A stretch of 64,000 bases of DNA from an uncultured bacterium (GCA_963977015.1 CAXBMO010000003.1:32001-96000); one strand, 5' to 3'; shown: positions 1-10,449, counted from the stretch's first letter. The notes: generated from the letters alone by a model not told the origin. Numbers and translations are program-made.

Positions 1-2
1 AT

Positions 3-941
3 GCAAATCTCTCAATTCATCGGGTTGAACCCAAAACCGAGGAGTTGGGCCCTCCCATTTTCGCGGAGGTGAAAAGTGAAGCCAATCGGCTTCGGCTTAA
101 ACCCCGGATTTCCCTGAGTGGGGGAGCCGAATATCGTGCCGTACTGCAGCTCTCAAACGGGAAGCGGATTGAAGCCGCCTACAAGGTCCCTCGGGTGGAA
201 GGAACGGTTCCCCAGGTGACTCGAATTGAGCCGGGTTCCGGAGTCGTTCCGGCCAATCTTCTCAAGTTTTACGTCTACTTCGACCAGCCGATGCGGGAAG
301 GTCGCGCCATCTTCGATCATTTCCATCTGGTGGACGACGCCGGGATGGAGATTGAAGCGCCTTGGCGCCGACAGGAAATTTGGGACCATGAAGTGAAGAG
401 GCTGACGCTTCTCATTCATCCGGGAAGGATCAAACAAGGCGTCAATCTCCGTGAAGAATTGGGTCCTGTTCTTAAACCCGGCTCTCAATATCGGCTGGTC
501 ATTGATCCGGACCTGAGAAGCGCACGGGGAGTCGAACTGGGAAAACTGGTCACCCACGAATTCGCGACCGGACCCGAGATCTATCAAATTTTGGATCCCG
601 CAACTTGGGAGCTGGTAGTTCCGGGCACCGGGACCACGGAACCTCTGTCCGTTCGCACGGATCGCCCGGTGGACCACGCCATGGCGCAATGGCAACTGAA
701 CGTGTTGAGCGAGGATCATGCTCCGATCAGGACAACCGTTGTGGTGAATCCGCAGTCGGGCGTAATTGAATTGGTGCCGGCGGATCCTTGGCGCGAAGCG
801 GATTACTTTCTCGAGATTGGTGAATGGCTTGAAGATTTGGCGGGGAATACGAGACTCCGGGTTTTTGACACGGACCTTTCTCAACCCGAACCTAAGCCCG
901 GTTTAAGCATTTTGAATTTTCACCCCGAAACCCGCAGTTAA
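3..941 (+). CDS. Conserved hypothetical protein with tandem Ig-like beta domains (5'-truncated by window edge)
   Basis: Frame 3 is open from base 3. Motifs PANLLKFYVYFDQPM, LLIHPGRIKQG and LEDLAGN are typical of bacterial Ig-like (Big_5-like) proteins. Confidence 0.65.
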   Translation, partial: ANLSIHRVEPKTEELGPPIFAEVKSEANRLRLKPRISLSGGAEYRAVLQLSNGKRIEAAYKVPRVEGTVPQVTRIEPGSGVVPANLLKFYVYFDQPMREGRAIFDHFHLVDDAGMEIEAPWRRQEIWDHEVKRLTLLIHPGRIKQGVNLREELGPVLKPGSQYRLVIDPDLRSARGVELGKLVTHEFATGPEIYQILDPATWELVVPGTGTTEPLSVRTDRPVDHAMAQWQLNVLSEDHAPIRTTVVVNPQSGVIELVPADPWREADYFLEIGEWLEDLAGNTRLRVFDTDLSQPEPKPGLSILNFHPETRS

Positions 942-1474
942 TGGACGACAGCTACTTTAGCCAATTTATCAACGACCCCAGTCAGGAGAACTTCGCGGAG
1001 CTTAGAAACGCCCATTTGCAGAGCGGATATGATCCCTATTCCAGTGAATTGGAGGGAATCGATCAACTTCTCAAAGAGGCCAAGTTCGAAGAGGTGGTTG
1101 CACGCATCAAACAGGTCATGACGCCCAATTTTCTGCTGAGCCCATCCACTCATTTGAGGTTGGCCGCAGCTTATGAGGGGACCGGTGATCAAGAGAAATG
1201 TGAGCTGGAGCGAGCCATTGGAAGGGCCCTGATCAAGGGGATTCAGGAAAGCGGAAAGGGAACGCCTGAAGAGCCATACAAAGTAACACGGACCTCTGAT
1301 GAGTATGATCTTTTGTATTTTGAAGGACTGAAATTCGAGTCCCAAAGCCTGAGGGAGGTGGATGGGCGTCGAATGGATGTCCTAAAGACGAAGGAAGGTC
1401 GGGAAATCTGGTTCGATGTCAGCGATCTGCTGGCCGCCATCAAAGCGAAGCTGACCAAGAAGGGCCCTCAATAA
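941..1474 (+). CDS. DUF4919-like protein
   Basis: 177 aa, 1-nt stop/start overlap with the upstream ORF. Motif SGKGTPEEPYKVTRTSDEYDLL...IWFDVS resembles DUF4919. Confidence 0.65.
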   Translation: MDDSYFSQFINDPSQENFAELRNAHLQSGYDPYSSELEGIDQLLKEAKFEEVVARIKQVMTPNFLLSPSTHLRLAAAYEGTGDQEKCELERAIGRALIKGIQESGKGTPEEPYKVTRTSDEYDLLYFEGLKFESQSLREVDGRRMDVLKTKEGREIWFDVSDLLAAIKAKLTKKGPQ

Positions 1475-1491
1475 CGTTGCGCGCCCGGCTT

Positions 1492-2595
1492 CTAAGTCGG
1501 CTTGTGACCGATGAGGTCGCGGAGACGATTGCGGAGCTCATCCAGGCCGGTTTCCTCAAGCGCGGAAATTGGGAAGACTTCGATCTTTGGAAAGCGCTGC
1601 TGGAACTGGGCCAACTTTTCGTCGGCGTCTTCCAGATCCATTTTGTTCGCGACAATAATCCAAGGCCGCTTCGACAGGTCTTCATCGTAGAGTTTGATCT
1701 CTTTGCGGAGTGTTTCGAGATCCTCGATCGGATCCCGCCCTTCGCTTCCTGCCATGTCGATGACAAAGACCAGCAGATTGCAGCGCCAGATATGCCGAAG
1801 AAACTCGTGGCCCAAGCCCACGTTTTCGTGTGCGCCCTCGATCAAGCCGGGAATATCGGCAATGGTGGTCCGGCAAAAACCCGGAAATTCAAGAACTCCG
1901 ACTTGGGGAGTCAACGTGGTAAACGGGTAAGCCGCGATTTTTGGCTTCGCGTGTGAGAGCTTCGTCAGAAGTGTCGATTTTCCTGCGTTGGGGAATCCTA
2001 CCAAACCGGCGTCTGCGATTCGGCGAAGCTCCATGTAGAAATACCCTTCTTCACCAGGCTCACCGGGTTCTGCTTCGGTCGGCGCACGGTTGGTCGAACT
2101 CTTGAAGTGAACGTTGCCCCTTCCTCCTTTCCCTCCTTTGCAGAGCACGAACTTCTCGCCAATCTCGGTCAAATCCGCGACCAACTCTCCCTCGACCCGA
2201 TTGTCGGCAGGCGCCAACACGTCTTCGGCCTGGGCGTCCAGGTCATAAAGAAACGCCATCCCGTCTTCAACATTTTCCGGCTCCTCGGTTTTCGGCCCTT
2301 TCGCCGTATAGATCAGGGTTCCCGGCGGCACGGAGATGACCATGGTTTTGCCGCTTTTGCCGGTCTTTTGCTGGCCTTGCCCGTGGTCGCCCCGTGGAGC
2401 TTTCAGGTTCGGTTTAAAGAAGAACGCCTTCAGGTTGTCGGTGTGCTCATCGACGCGCAGGACGATATCCGCGCCCTTTCCTCCGTCCCCCCCATCGGGT
2501 CCCCCTTTGGGAATAAACTTAGCCCGGTGAAAGCTGGCACTTCCATTGCCGCCGTCGCCTGCTTTGGCGTAAATGCGAAGATGATCCACAAACAT
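1492..2595 (-). CDS. obgE: GTPase ObgE/CgtA
   Basis: Gly-rich OBG N-terminus (AGDGGNG, GGPDGGDGG), G1 GFPNAGKS, YPFTTL, DIPG, NKMD. Confidence 0.97.
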   Translation of the reverse strand: MFVDHLRIYAKAGDGGNGSASFHRAKFIPKGGPDGGDGGKGADIVLRVDEHTDNLKAFFFKPNLKAPRGDHGQGQQKTGKSGKTMVISVPPGTLIYTAKGPKTEEPENVEDGMAFLYDLDAQAEDVLAPADNRVEGELVADLTEIGEKFVLCKGGKGGRGNVHFKSSTNRAPTEAEPGEPGEEGYFYMELRRIADAGLVGFPNAGKSTLLTKLSHAKPKIAAYPFTTLTPQVGVLEFPGFCRTTIADIPGLIEGAHENVGLGHEFLRHIWRCNLLVFVIDMAGSEGRDPIEDLETLRKEIKLYDEDLSKRPWIIVANKMDLEDADEKLAQFQQRFPKIEVFPISALEETGLDELRNRLRDLIGHKPT

Positions 2596-2669
2596 GCCCC
2601 AACTTCTCAGGTTTCACCCAAACTGCAAGGCGTGTAACCGTTCAAAGATTTCTTTCGTCTCGCCCAATC

Positions 2670-4184
2670 ATGAAGTTCCTCTTTTTCGTCTTCGTTCTCT
2701 CTAGCCCGTTGATGCTGTTGGCCGAGGAAATCACCTTCAATCAGCATATTGGGCCACTCGTTTATCAAAAATGCGCCACTTGTCACCACCCGGGCGCGGC
2801 GGGGCCTTTTTCACTGCTCTCCTACAGTGAGGTGAGTAAGAAAGCGCGCACGATCCGACGTGCGGTCGAAAGTCAATACATGCCGCCGTGGCATCCCGTC
2901 GATGCCGGGGTTGAGTTTGCCCACAATCGGAGTTTATCAGCAGCAGAGGTCGCGATGTTCGGAGCTTGGATTGAAGGAGGGAAGCTGGAGGGAACTGGCC
3001 CGGCGCCGGCAGCTCCTTCGTTTGCGGATGGCTGGTCGCTGGGCGAGCCGGATTTGGTCGTTTCGATGAAGGAAGCGTTTCCTGTTCCGGCGGAAGGTCC
3101 TGACATTTACCGGAATTTCGCTCTGAAGCTCGATCTGCCCGACGACAAGTGGGTCACCGCGATTGAGCTGCGCCCAAGTGCGCGGAGTGCGGTTCATCAT
3201 TCACTGTTTTTCCTCGATGATACCGGAACCGCTCTTGAAATGGACGGAAAAGATGGAAAGCCGGGCTTTCGAGGGATGGCTTTTCGGAGAACGGGACGAC
3301 TCGGTGGGTATGTGCCTGGATCGACCACCCAGTTTCTGCCGGAAGGGCTTGCCATGGCGCTTCCCAAAGGGAGCGATCTGGTTCTGTCGACGCACTTTCA
3401 TCCAACAGGAAAGGAAGAATTGGAAATGAGCACCGTGGGACTCTATTTCGCAGATGGACCGCCGAGCCGGACCTTGGCCAACATTCAGGTGCCACCCGCG
3501 TTTGGTCGCGGCTTGGGAATTGATGTTCCCGCCGGCGAATCCAACTACCGGCGGTCCGATTCGTTTGTTCTCCCCGTTGGAGTTGATGCGTTCGCGGTTG
3601 GTGGCCATGCGCATTACATCTGTAAAGAGATGAAAATGACTGCGGTTAGCCCTGACGGCGAGGAGACAATTCTGCTGCAGATCGATAATTGGGATCTGAA
3701 CTGGCAGGACCGCTACTTTTTCAAGCAACCGATTCACCTCGTGGCAGGAACGGAAATCCGCACGGATTTGGTTTACGACAATAGCGCAGACAATCCGGAC
3801 AACCCGTTCGATCCCCCTCAGCGGATTCGGTGGGGGCATGAAAGCACGGACGAGATGGGCAGCATCACTCTGATGGTGGCACCTAGCGAAAATGTGGACG
3901 AAGCCAAGCTCGCTCGGGCTTCCCGAATGAAGCAGGTCGAGGTTCTGGGCGCGGTCGCTCGGGAAATGAGGGAGGGATCCGGTTCCGCAATGGTCAAGCG
4001 CATTGGGCAGTTGGATACCAATCGCAACGGGTTGATCGAAAAAGCGGAGATTCCGGAACGATTTCGGGCGCGGGTGCTTCAGAATTTTGATGGAAACAAG
4101 GATGATGCGATCGATCGCAAAGAACTGGGCGCGTTGCTGGAATCGATTCGCAACGGGTTGGTCAATGCTGGAGGTCAGGAATGA
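2670..4184 (+). CDS. Secreted cytochrome c / copper type II (PHM/DBH-like) monooxygenase-domain protein with C-terminal EF-hands
   Basis: Signal peptide; CATCH heme-c motif; VHH, THFH, GHAH and DEM putative Cu ligands; EF-hand-like loops DTNRNGLIEKAE and DGNKDDAIDRKE. Confidence 0.75.
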   Translation: MKFLFFVFVLSSPLMLLAEEITFNQHIGPLVYQKCATCHHPGAAGPFSLLSYSEVSKKARTIRRAVESQYMPPWHPVDAGVEFAHNRSLSAAEVAMFGAWIEGGKLEGTGPAPAAPSFADGWSLGEPDLVVSMKEAFPVPAEGPDIYRNFALKLDLPDDKWVTAIELRPSARSAVHHSLFFLDDTGTALEMDGKDGKPGFRGMAFRRTGRLGGYVPGSTTQFLPEGLAMALPKGSDLVLSTHFHPTGKEELEMSTVGLYFADGPPSRTLANIQVPPAFGRGLGIDVPAGESNYRRSDSFVLPVGVDAFAVGGHAHYICKEMKMTAVSPDGEETILLQIDNWDLNWQDRYFFKQPIHLVAGTEIRTDLVYDNSADNPDNPFDPPQRIRWGHESTDEMGSITLMVAPSENVDEAKLARASRMKQVEVLGAVAREMREGSGSAMVKRIGQLDTNRNGLIEKAEIPERFRARVLQNFDGNKDDAIDRKELGALLESIRNGLVNAGGQE

Positions 4185-4762
4185 AACCGTTTCTAGTGGC
4201 AGTTGTCTTTTTACTCGGATTCCTGCTTCCAAGTTTGGGAAATGAGCAGGGAGCTGGGATTGAGCTCAAAGACCTGAAAGGACAGAGCGTCCGACCTTTG
4301 GAGTGTGTGACTGGAGAGGCGTTTTCAGTGGTCATCTTCATCACCACCGATTGCCCGATCGCGAATGCTCTCATTCCGGAAATGAATCGACTGGCGGAAC
4401 AGGTGCAATCCCGTGGCGGAAAGCTCACGTTGGTCCAAGTCGATTGGGAACTCAGTGATGTGGACGCCCTCAAGCATGCAACGGAGTTTGGCATTCAAGC
4501 ACCGGTCGTCATTGATCGAAATCATGATCTCGTTCGCTCGACCAAGGCGACCATGACCCCGGAAGCCTTTCTTCTCAGCAAAACCGGACGAATTTTGTAT
4601 CAGGGGCGGATCAACAACCTGTTTACCGACTATGGGGATCGGAGAAAGACGGTAACCAAGCATGATTTGCGCGTCGCCATTGAGCAATATCTCGCTGGGG
4701 AAGAGGTTTCCCATCCGAAGGTGGAGGCTCTCGGCTGCTTTATTCCCGAATTGCCGAAGTGA
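4181..4762 (+). CDS. Redoxin (AhpC/TSA-like thioredoxin fold) protein, exported
   Basis: ATGA overlap with the upstream gene; signal peptide; TTDCPIAN, TPEAF, YQGRIN and C-terminal GC motifs. Confidence 0.85.
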   Translation: MKPFLVAVVFLLGFLLPSLGNEQGAGIELKDLKGQSVRPLECVTGEAFSVVIFITTDCPIANALIPEMNRLAEQVQSRGGKLTLVQVDWELSDVDALKHATEFGIQAPVVIDRNHDLVRSTKATMTPEAFLLSKTGRILYQGRINNLFTDYGDRRKTVTKHDLRVAIEQYLAGEEVSHPKVEALGCFIPELPK

Positions 4763-4818
4763 TGCAATCCACGCGAACTTCCTTGCATTGATCGATGAGA
4801 CGATGTGAAGCTGCGGGA

Positions 4819-5562
4819 ATGAGTCGCAAAATCCTCAAGTACCTTCCGGTTCTGGTCGCCGTGGCGGTGATGTCCTGCTCGAATGATGACGAGTCTTCAT
4901 CCGTGGCAACCACGGTTCCCGAACCAGCGGAAGAGTCGGCTTCGCCCGAAACTCCGAAGCCGGAGGAATCATCCTTGTTTTCTCCAATCAGCGCCGCGCA
5001 TGAGAAGAATATGGAGCAACGGAAGGAAGAGGCGGCTGAGATCGAGCGAAGGATCGAGGCTGCGGCAAAGGTTCGTGACGCGGAGTTCCTCGTCGAAGTG
5101 AAAGCAAAGCTGGTGGAATACAAATCCCACTATGCGTCCCAATACGCGGAACAGATCCAATCTTCAGTCACCCAGTATCGCACTGATCTCCAGGCAAAGT
5201 ATCTGGAGACGCTCAAGCAGAACTACGACGCTGCCCAGGCTGGCGGCATGACGGTTCTGGCACAGCAGATTGCAGAGGAAGGAAAGCGCCTCAAGGCCGG
5301 GCAACCGGTTCCCCGTCCTCCGGCTGAGAGCGACCAGGCCAATCCGGGGATGCAGCTTCTCTTCGATCTTCGCAAATGGTATCACGATGGGGCGGCAAGC
5401 ATCGACGAATCCAAAAGAACCAGCGAAGCCGCGCTAACGGAAGCCTACCGAAACACCCTTGCCGAATACCACGGACACGTTTCGCAAATGTCGCCCCCGG
5501 AGGCTGCCGAGGCTGTTGCCAATGCGTTGGCCGAAGTCAAAGGGGATTGGTGGACTCAATAA
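4819..5562 (+). CDS. Hypothetical helical lipoprotein
   Basis: Start chosen at MSRKILK; lipobox-like VMSC; Pro/Glu linker followed by a coiled-coil region. Confidence 0.65.
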   Translation: MSRKILKYLPVLVAVAVMSCSNDDESSSVATTVPEPAEESASPETPKPEESSLFSPISAAHEKNMEQRKEEAAEIERRIEAAAKVRDAEFLVEVKAKLVEYKSHYASQYAEQIQSSVTQYRTDLQAKYLETLKQNYDAAQAGGMTVLAQQIAEEGKRLKAGQPVPRPPAESDQANPGMQLLFDLRKWYHDGAASIDESKRTSEAALTEAYRNTLAEYHGHVSQMSPPEAAEAVANALAEVKGDWWTQ

Positions 5563-5569
5563 GTCGCCC

Positions 5570-7039
5570 CTAAGCGAAAAGCTTTAACGCTGCCTGCGCC
5601 TTCACCAGTTCCCTGGGCTGGTTCAGGTGGTTGTAGACAATGGTCTCGGGATCGATGCCCATGGAGTGATAAATCGTTGCCAGGACTTCGCACGGATGAA
5701 CGGGATCTTCGGTTGGCGCTGATCCGGTTTTGTCCGATTTGCCGTGACCGTATCCACGCTTAATTCCGGCACCACCGATGATCGATGTGTAGCAATAGGG
5801 CCAGTGGTCGCGACCATCGGCGCTGTTCCCGTTTCCTGAAGTCGAAACTCCCTTCTCCGGGCTGCGACCAAACTCACCAATCGCGACGACGAGTGTTTCG
5901 TCGAGAAGGCCGCGGTCGTCGAGATCTTCGAACAGAGCGGAAAGCCCGGCATCAAGCATCGGACCGCTCTGATCCTTCATCCGCTTGGGCAGTCCGGAAT
6001 GATGATCCCAACTGTGATTGTTGGAGTTCGCCACTTTGGGCCAAATCACTTCAACGACCTTGGTTCCGGCCTCGACCAGACGGCGAGCGAGCAGGCAGCT
6101 TTGGCCAAACGTGTTCCGCCCGTAAAGATTACGGGTTCTTTCGTCTTCTGCTTCGATGTCGAAGGCATCCCGGGCTCGGCCGGACACGATCAGGCTCAAC
6201 GCTTTGTCGTAATATTCATCCAGATTGTAGTCCTCAACTGCTTTCTCGATCACGGGCATTTGGGCCGTGAGGGCTTCACGCAGCTTTGCGCGGCGTTGCA
6301 ATCTCAAGGAGAAAACCTCCGGGCGCAGCTGAAGGTCATCCACCTTGATCCGCTCCAGCTTGTTCATATCCATGTCGTCACCGTCCGGAAACAGGTAATA
6401 GGGATCGTAGGCCTTGCCGAGAAACCCGGCTGTTCCGCCTTTGTTGATGACGCCTGACTCTTGGAGCGGACGTGGCATCACGACAAATGGCAACATCGGC
6501 TCATCGGTCGGCCTCAGGCGAATGATGTTCGAGCCGAAGTTCGGGAAATCCTTCGGGCTGGGCGGTTCCAGCTGGCCGCTAGGGCTCACTTTATCCGTCG
6601 TGTAACCCGTCATGATCTGGTAAATCGCCGCGGTATGATTAAACAGACCATTGGGCGTATAGCTCATGCTCTGGATCGTGGTGAAACGATCGTTCACCTT
6701 TGCCAGCCTGGGCAGAATCTCGGTGTATTGGATGCCATCGACCTTGGTCGGAATGGGCTTGAAGATCGATCGAACGTTGTCCGGTGCATCCGGTTTTGGA
6801 TCCCAAAGATCAAGATGGCTCGGGCCGCCTTGAAGATAGATCATGATGACGCTCTTCGCCTTTCCCCAACCCGGCGATCCCACCAAACCCGAGTTTGCGC
6901 TCGCGCTTTGCACCGCCAGAATGTTGTTCAAACTCATCCCCAACATGCCGGCTCCACCGACTCGAAGGAAGTCACGTCGCGTTGGTCGCAAATGGGAGTC
7001 GCAGAGGTCTTGGGCTACAGAACCGGGGATTCGAATCAT
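5570..7039 (-). CDS. DUF1501 domain protein (Tat-exported, sulfatase-like fold)
   Basis: TRRDFL Tat motif; [32 protein letters not shown] and GRDHWP signature motifs. Confidence 0.92.
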   Translation of the reverse strand: MIRIPGSVAQDLCDSHLRPTRRDFLRVGGAGMLGMSLNNILAVQSASANSGLVGSPGWGKAKSVIMIYLQGGPSHLDLWDPKPDAPDNVRSIFKPIPTKVDGIQYTEILPRLAKVNDRFTTIQSMSYTPNGLFNHTAAIYQIMTGYTTDKVSPSGQLEPPSPKDFPNFGSNIIRLRPTDEPMLPFVVMPRPLQESGVINKGGTAGFLGKAYDPYYLFPDGDDMDMNKLERIKVDDLQLRPEVFSLRLQRRAKLREALTAQMPVIEKAVEDYNLDEYYDKALSLIVSGRARDAFDIEAEDERTRNLYGRNTFGQSCLLARRLVEAGTKVVEVIWPKVANSNNHSWDHHSGLPKRMKDQSGPMLDAGLSALFEDLDDRGLLDETLVVAIGEFGRSPEKGVSTSGNGNSADGRDHWPYCYTSIIGGAGIKRGYGHGKSDKTGSAPTEDPVHPCEVLATIYHSMGIDPETIVYNHLNQPRELVKAQAALKLFA

Positions 7040-7088
7040 GGCGGTAAATGGGGGCTTTACCTAGAATACGGGATTTTTCGGCGGATTC

Positions 7089-7826
7089 TTACATGAATCG
7101 CCATTGGGGGGCGCTCCCATCGGAGAGCAAAACTCGAGCGGGAGAGGCCGTTTCCAACGCTGCCGAGTTGTCTTTCTCAGCCCCAGATTCGCTGATGTAG
7201 ATGAAGTAGACCAGAAGGCCAAGGATCACGAGCGAGAGAAAGAGGTGAAAGATCTGGCTGTGATTCGGACGGAGGAAAAACGCCGTCAGCACGATCAAAA
7301 ACGCGATGCCGCGCAGGGCCAATTCCGATTGATTGTTCTCCCAGGTCTTGTCCCACAGAAAAATCGCCTGAAGAAGCGCGGTCACGATCAGCGCACCGAC
7401 AATCAGGTAGAAAGCGCGCGCCTGGTCCGTGAAGTGTTCCTTCATCGAAAACTCTTCGACATCGCGGAGGTCTTTGCACAGAACCGCCGTCGCACCATAA
7501 ATGAAGAGGGGCATGAGCAGCAGTCGGGCGTAACTCAAAAAGGTGAAGTCTTCGGCCAACTGCGGTTGACCTTTGAGGTCCCAGGCCGACCACCAGTAGA
7601 AAATCTGGTAGGTGAAGAGGGCCAGCATGTAGATGAGGAAAGTCGGATGCCAGGTCACCACATCACGATTGATGATGATTTGCCCGGAAAACGTGACCAA
7701 CCGGCCTATTGAAAGACCGACGACGACGCCGATCAGGACGATGAGAAAGTCGAGCCTCGTTGGTTGGATGAGAACATATTGCACGTTCTCCTCAGCCAAC
7801 CCGCCAATGGTTTGAGCTAACAGCAT
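7089..7826 (-). CDS. Hypothetical integral membrane protein (about 6 TM)
   Basis: About six hydrophobic segments and a YWW motif; no function recognised. Confidence 0.7.
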   Translation of the reverse strand: MLLAQTIGGLAEENVQYVLIQPTRLDFLIVLIGVVVGLSIGRLVTFSGQIIINRDVVTWHPTFLIYMLALFTYQIFYWWSAWDLKGQPQLAEDFTFLSYARLLLMPLFIYGATAVLCKDLRDVEEFSMKEHFTDQARAFYLIVGALIVTALLQAIFLWDKTWENNQSELALRGIAFLIVLTAFFLRPNHSQIFHLFLSLVILGLLVYFIYISESGAEKDNSAALETASPARVLLSDGSAPQWRFM

Positions 7827-7885
7827 AGTTCCAAAAATGGTTCAGAAGTTTCTCAATTCTGGGATGGAACCATCCTTTCGGCAAG

Positions 7886-9244
7886 CTATTTGCCAATGCA
7901 AAAGGCCCCGAATATTTCGCCAAGAATTTCCTCAATATCGGTATGACCAATGACCTCACCAATCGAAGATAATGCGGATCGCAGTTCGAGGGCGATGAAT
8001 TCGGGAGATTCGCCGGTCATGAGCTTTGTATTCGCCTCTTGCAAGACTGCGGAAGCCTTCAGTAGGCATGCCTGGTGCCTTGCATTGATCGCAACCGCAT
8101 GATGCCCACCTTCTTCCGTGTCGACTCCTAGCGAGTTGATGATCGCTGCGGTGAGGTTTTCAAAACCTTGGCGATCTGCGCAGGAGACTCGGATGGCTTC
8201 TGATTCTTTCCAATCGGGATGCTCGGCGAGATCGGACTTGTTGAGAATCGTGACGACCGATTGACTCTCTGAGATGGGGAGCGGGCGCTGATTTTGCTGC
8301 GGGCTGCAACTGCCGTCGAACACCTGGAGCACCAACTCTGCATCAGCAATCTGGGATTCCGCCCTGGCGATACCCTCCTGCTCAATCTGATCCGTCGCGG
8401 TTCGCACACCTGCGGTATCGATCAACCGCAAGGGAATGCCTTCCAGGTTGATCACCTCTTCGATCGTGTCGCGGGTGGTTCCGGCGATCTCACTGACGAT
8501 CGCGCGATCAAAGCCGAGCAAAACATTGAGCAGGCTGCTTTTGCCCACGTTCGGTGCTCCCGCGATCACGGTTCGAACGCCTTCCCGCAGAATGCGTCCC
8601 TGGTGAGCAGTGGCGGTCAATTTGGAGATGGCCGCGTCGAGTTCCCGAATTCGCCCGGCCAACCCCTCACCGGTATCAGGATCGATATCTTCGTCAGGAA
8701 AGTCGATAAAGGCCTCCACGTGCGCAATGACTCCGATCAACTCCTTTCGAAGGCGTTCGACTTCGGTGCCCAACTGGCCCTGAAGCTGCTCGTTTGCCGA
8801 TCGGAGTGCCAGCTCCGTTTGGGCAGAGATCACGTCCATGACCGCCTCCGCCTGGGTGAGATCCATCTTGCCGTTGAAGAACGCTCGTTGAGTGAACTCG
8901 CCTCCGGTGGCGGCTCGAGCGCCGGCCTGGAGAAGTTGACTCAAGACCGCACGGGTCACGAGCATGCCGCCATGACAACTGATCTCGATGAGGTCTTCTC
9001 CCGTGTAACTGCGAGGTCCCTTGAACCAGGTGAGCAGGACTTCATCGACTGGCTGTTCGTCTGCATCGACAATGGTCCCAAACGTGGCGTAGCGCGGTTT
9101 GATGGAGGCAAAGTCTCCGGAGGCTGGTCGGAAAAGACCTTCGCAGATGGGGCGGGCGCCAGCTCCACTGACGCGAATCAGTGAGATGGCCCCTTTTCCG
9201 GGAGGAGTCGCAATGGCTGCGATCGTGTCTTGATCCGGGCTCAT
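7886..9244 (-). CDS. mnmE: tRNA modification GTPase MnmE/TrmE
   Basis: DTIAAIATPPG, GAPNVGKSS, GTTRD, DTAG and C-terminal FCIGK; start at the ATGA overlap with the hisC stop. Confidence 0.97.
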   Translation of the reverse strand: MSPDQDTIAAIATPPGKGAISLIRVSGAGARPICEGLFRPASGDFASIKPRYATFGTIVDADEQPVDEVLLTWFKGPRSYTGEDLIEISCHGGMLVTRAVLSQLLQAGARAATGGEFTQRAFFNGKMDLTQAEAVMDVISAQTELALRSANEQLQGQLGTEVERLRKELIGVIAHVEAFIDFPDEDIDPDTGEGLAGRIRELDAAISKLTATAHQGRILREGVRTVIAGAPNVGKSSLLNVLLGFDRAIVSEIAGTTRDTIEEVINLEGIPLRLIDTAGVRTATDQIEQEGIARAESQIADAELVLQVFDGSCSPQQNQRPLPISESQSVVTILNKSDLAEHPDWKESEAIRVSCADRQGFENLTAAIINSLGVDTEEGGHHAVAINARHQACLLKASAVLQEANTKLMTGESPEFIALELRSALSSIGEVIGHTDIEEILGEIFGAFCIGK

Positions 9245-10332
9245 TCCAACAGCTGCTTCAAGACCTCGACGCAGCGAGCGTTCTGATCGGGTCTTCCAAT
9301 GCTGATGCGAACCCAATCCGGGAGCTTGTAACCTCTCATGGCCCGCAAAATGACACCTTGCTTCATCATCTCGCGAAAGATGCGATCTCCGTCACCTACC
9401 TTCACGAGAACGAAATTGGCGAAGCTGGGAACGAACTCGAGACCCATTTTCTCGAACTCCGTTTGGAAATACGTTCGGCCTTCATCGGTGAGTTGCCGGG
9501 TCTTTTCCTGATGATCTTCATCCAGCAGACCGGCCAGAGCTCCAACCTGGGCAATTGCATTGGCATTGAACGGCTGGCGACATTTTTGGAGCACATCGGC
9601 GATTGGTTGTGGCGCCAATCCATAGCCGATCCGGAGCCCGGCAAGCCCCTGAATTTTCGAAAACGTCCGCAAAATAACCACGTTCCGGCCTTCTCGCACA
9701 AATTTCAGCGTGTCGGGCGGCTCGTTGAGAAACTCATAATAGGCTTCGTCAAAAATGACCACCACGTGCTCAGGGACCTTGTCCATGAAGCGTTCAATGT
9801 CTTCCTGCCCGACCATTGTCCCGGTGGGGTTATTCGGGTTGGCGACGAAAATTTGTTTGGTATTTGGGGTAATCGCTGCCGCCATCGCATCGAGATCATG
9901 AACAAATCCAGGATCCGGGATCTCGATGGTGTCCGCACCAAAGAGCGTGGCCATCAGCTTGTAAACGACGAATGCGTGATCGGCGACAATCACATTGTCC
10001 CCGGGGTTGAGGAATGCGTGACCAATCAACTCGATAATTTCGTTGGAGCCGTTGCCGAGAATCACGTTTTCGCGGTTCAGGCCAAACTTTTCAGCGATCG
10101 CATTGCGCAACCGCCAGCCACCGCCGTCCGGGTAAAAGTGAACGTTTTCGACGGCTTCCTTCATGGCCTCGACTGCTTTGGGCGAGGGGCCGATTGGATT
10201 TTCGTTGGAGGCAAGTTTGATGATCTCATCCGGCTCCAAGCCGAGTTCGCGCGCCACATCCTCGATGGGCTTTCCGGGTTCGTAGGCGATTAAATCGCGT
10301 AGCTGTGGTTTGGCGTAATCCCAAATGGACAT
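9241..10332 (-). CDS. hisC: Histidinol-phosphate aminotransferase
   Basis: YEPGKPI, KLASNENP, GNGSNE, NPNNPTG, DEAY and RTFSKIQGLAGLRIGY (PLP lysine). Confidence 0.95.
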   Translation of the reverse strand: MSIWDYAKPQLRDLIAYEPGKPIEDVARELGLEPDEIIKLASNENPIGPSPKAVEAMKEAVENVHFYPDGGGWRLRNAIAEKFGLNRENVILGNGSNEIIELIGHAFLNPGDNVIVADHAFVVYKLMATLFGADTIEIPDPGFVHDLDAMAAAITPNTKQIFVANPNNPTGTMVGQEDIERFMDKVPEHVVVIFDEAYYEFLNEPPDTLKFVREGRNVVILRTFSKIQGLAGLRIGYGLAPQPIADVLQKCRQPFNANAIAQVGALAGLLDEDHQEKTRQLTDEGRTYFQTEFEKMGLEFVPSFANFVLVKVGDGDRIFREMMKQGVILRAMRGYKLPDWVRISIGRPDQNARCVEVLKQLLE

Positions 10333-10449
10333 GCGCGAACCTGCCGTTGTGTTGATGAAATTCAAATGAGAAAGCGGAGGGGACTTCGCGCGGCAGAAGG
10401 TCCATCGCGTCCTTCTCGTCGATCGCTGAAGGGATGGCCAGGTCTCTTC

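Noticed and set aside
7089-7826. RLVTFSG resembling the TMEM175 K+ channel RxxxFSD motif
   Set aside because: The motif lies after TM1 rather than at its start and lacks the Asp; probably coincidental.
9181-10293. Long antisense or alternative-frame ORFs (e.g. 9181-10293, 3201-4232, 8294-9184, 17108-18046, 26695-27618, 39058-40041, 59728-60834)
   Set aside because: They are shadows of well-supported genes on the opposite strand, carry no recognisable motifs, and are expected at this GC content.
10333-10449. Possible riboswitch or attenuator upstream of hisC
   Set aside because: No His-rich leader peptide, no terminator and no recognisable aptamer consensus.
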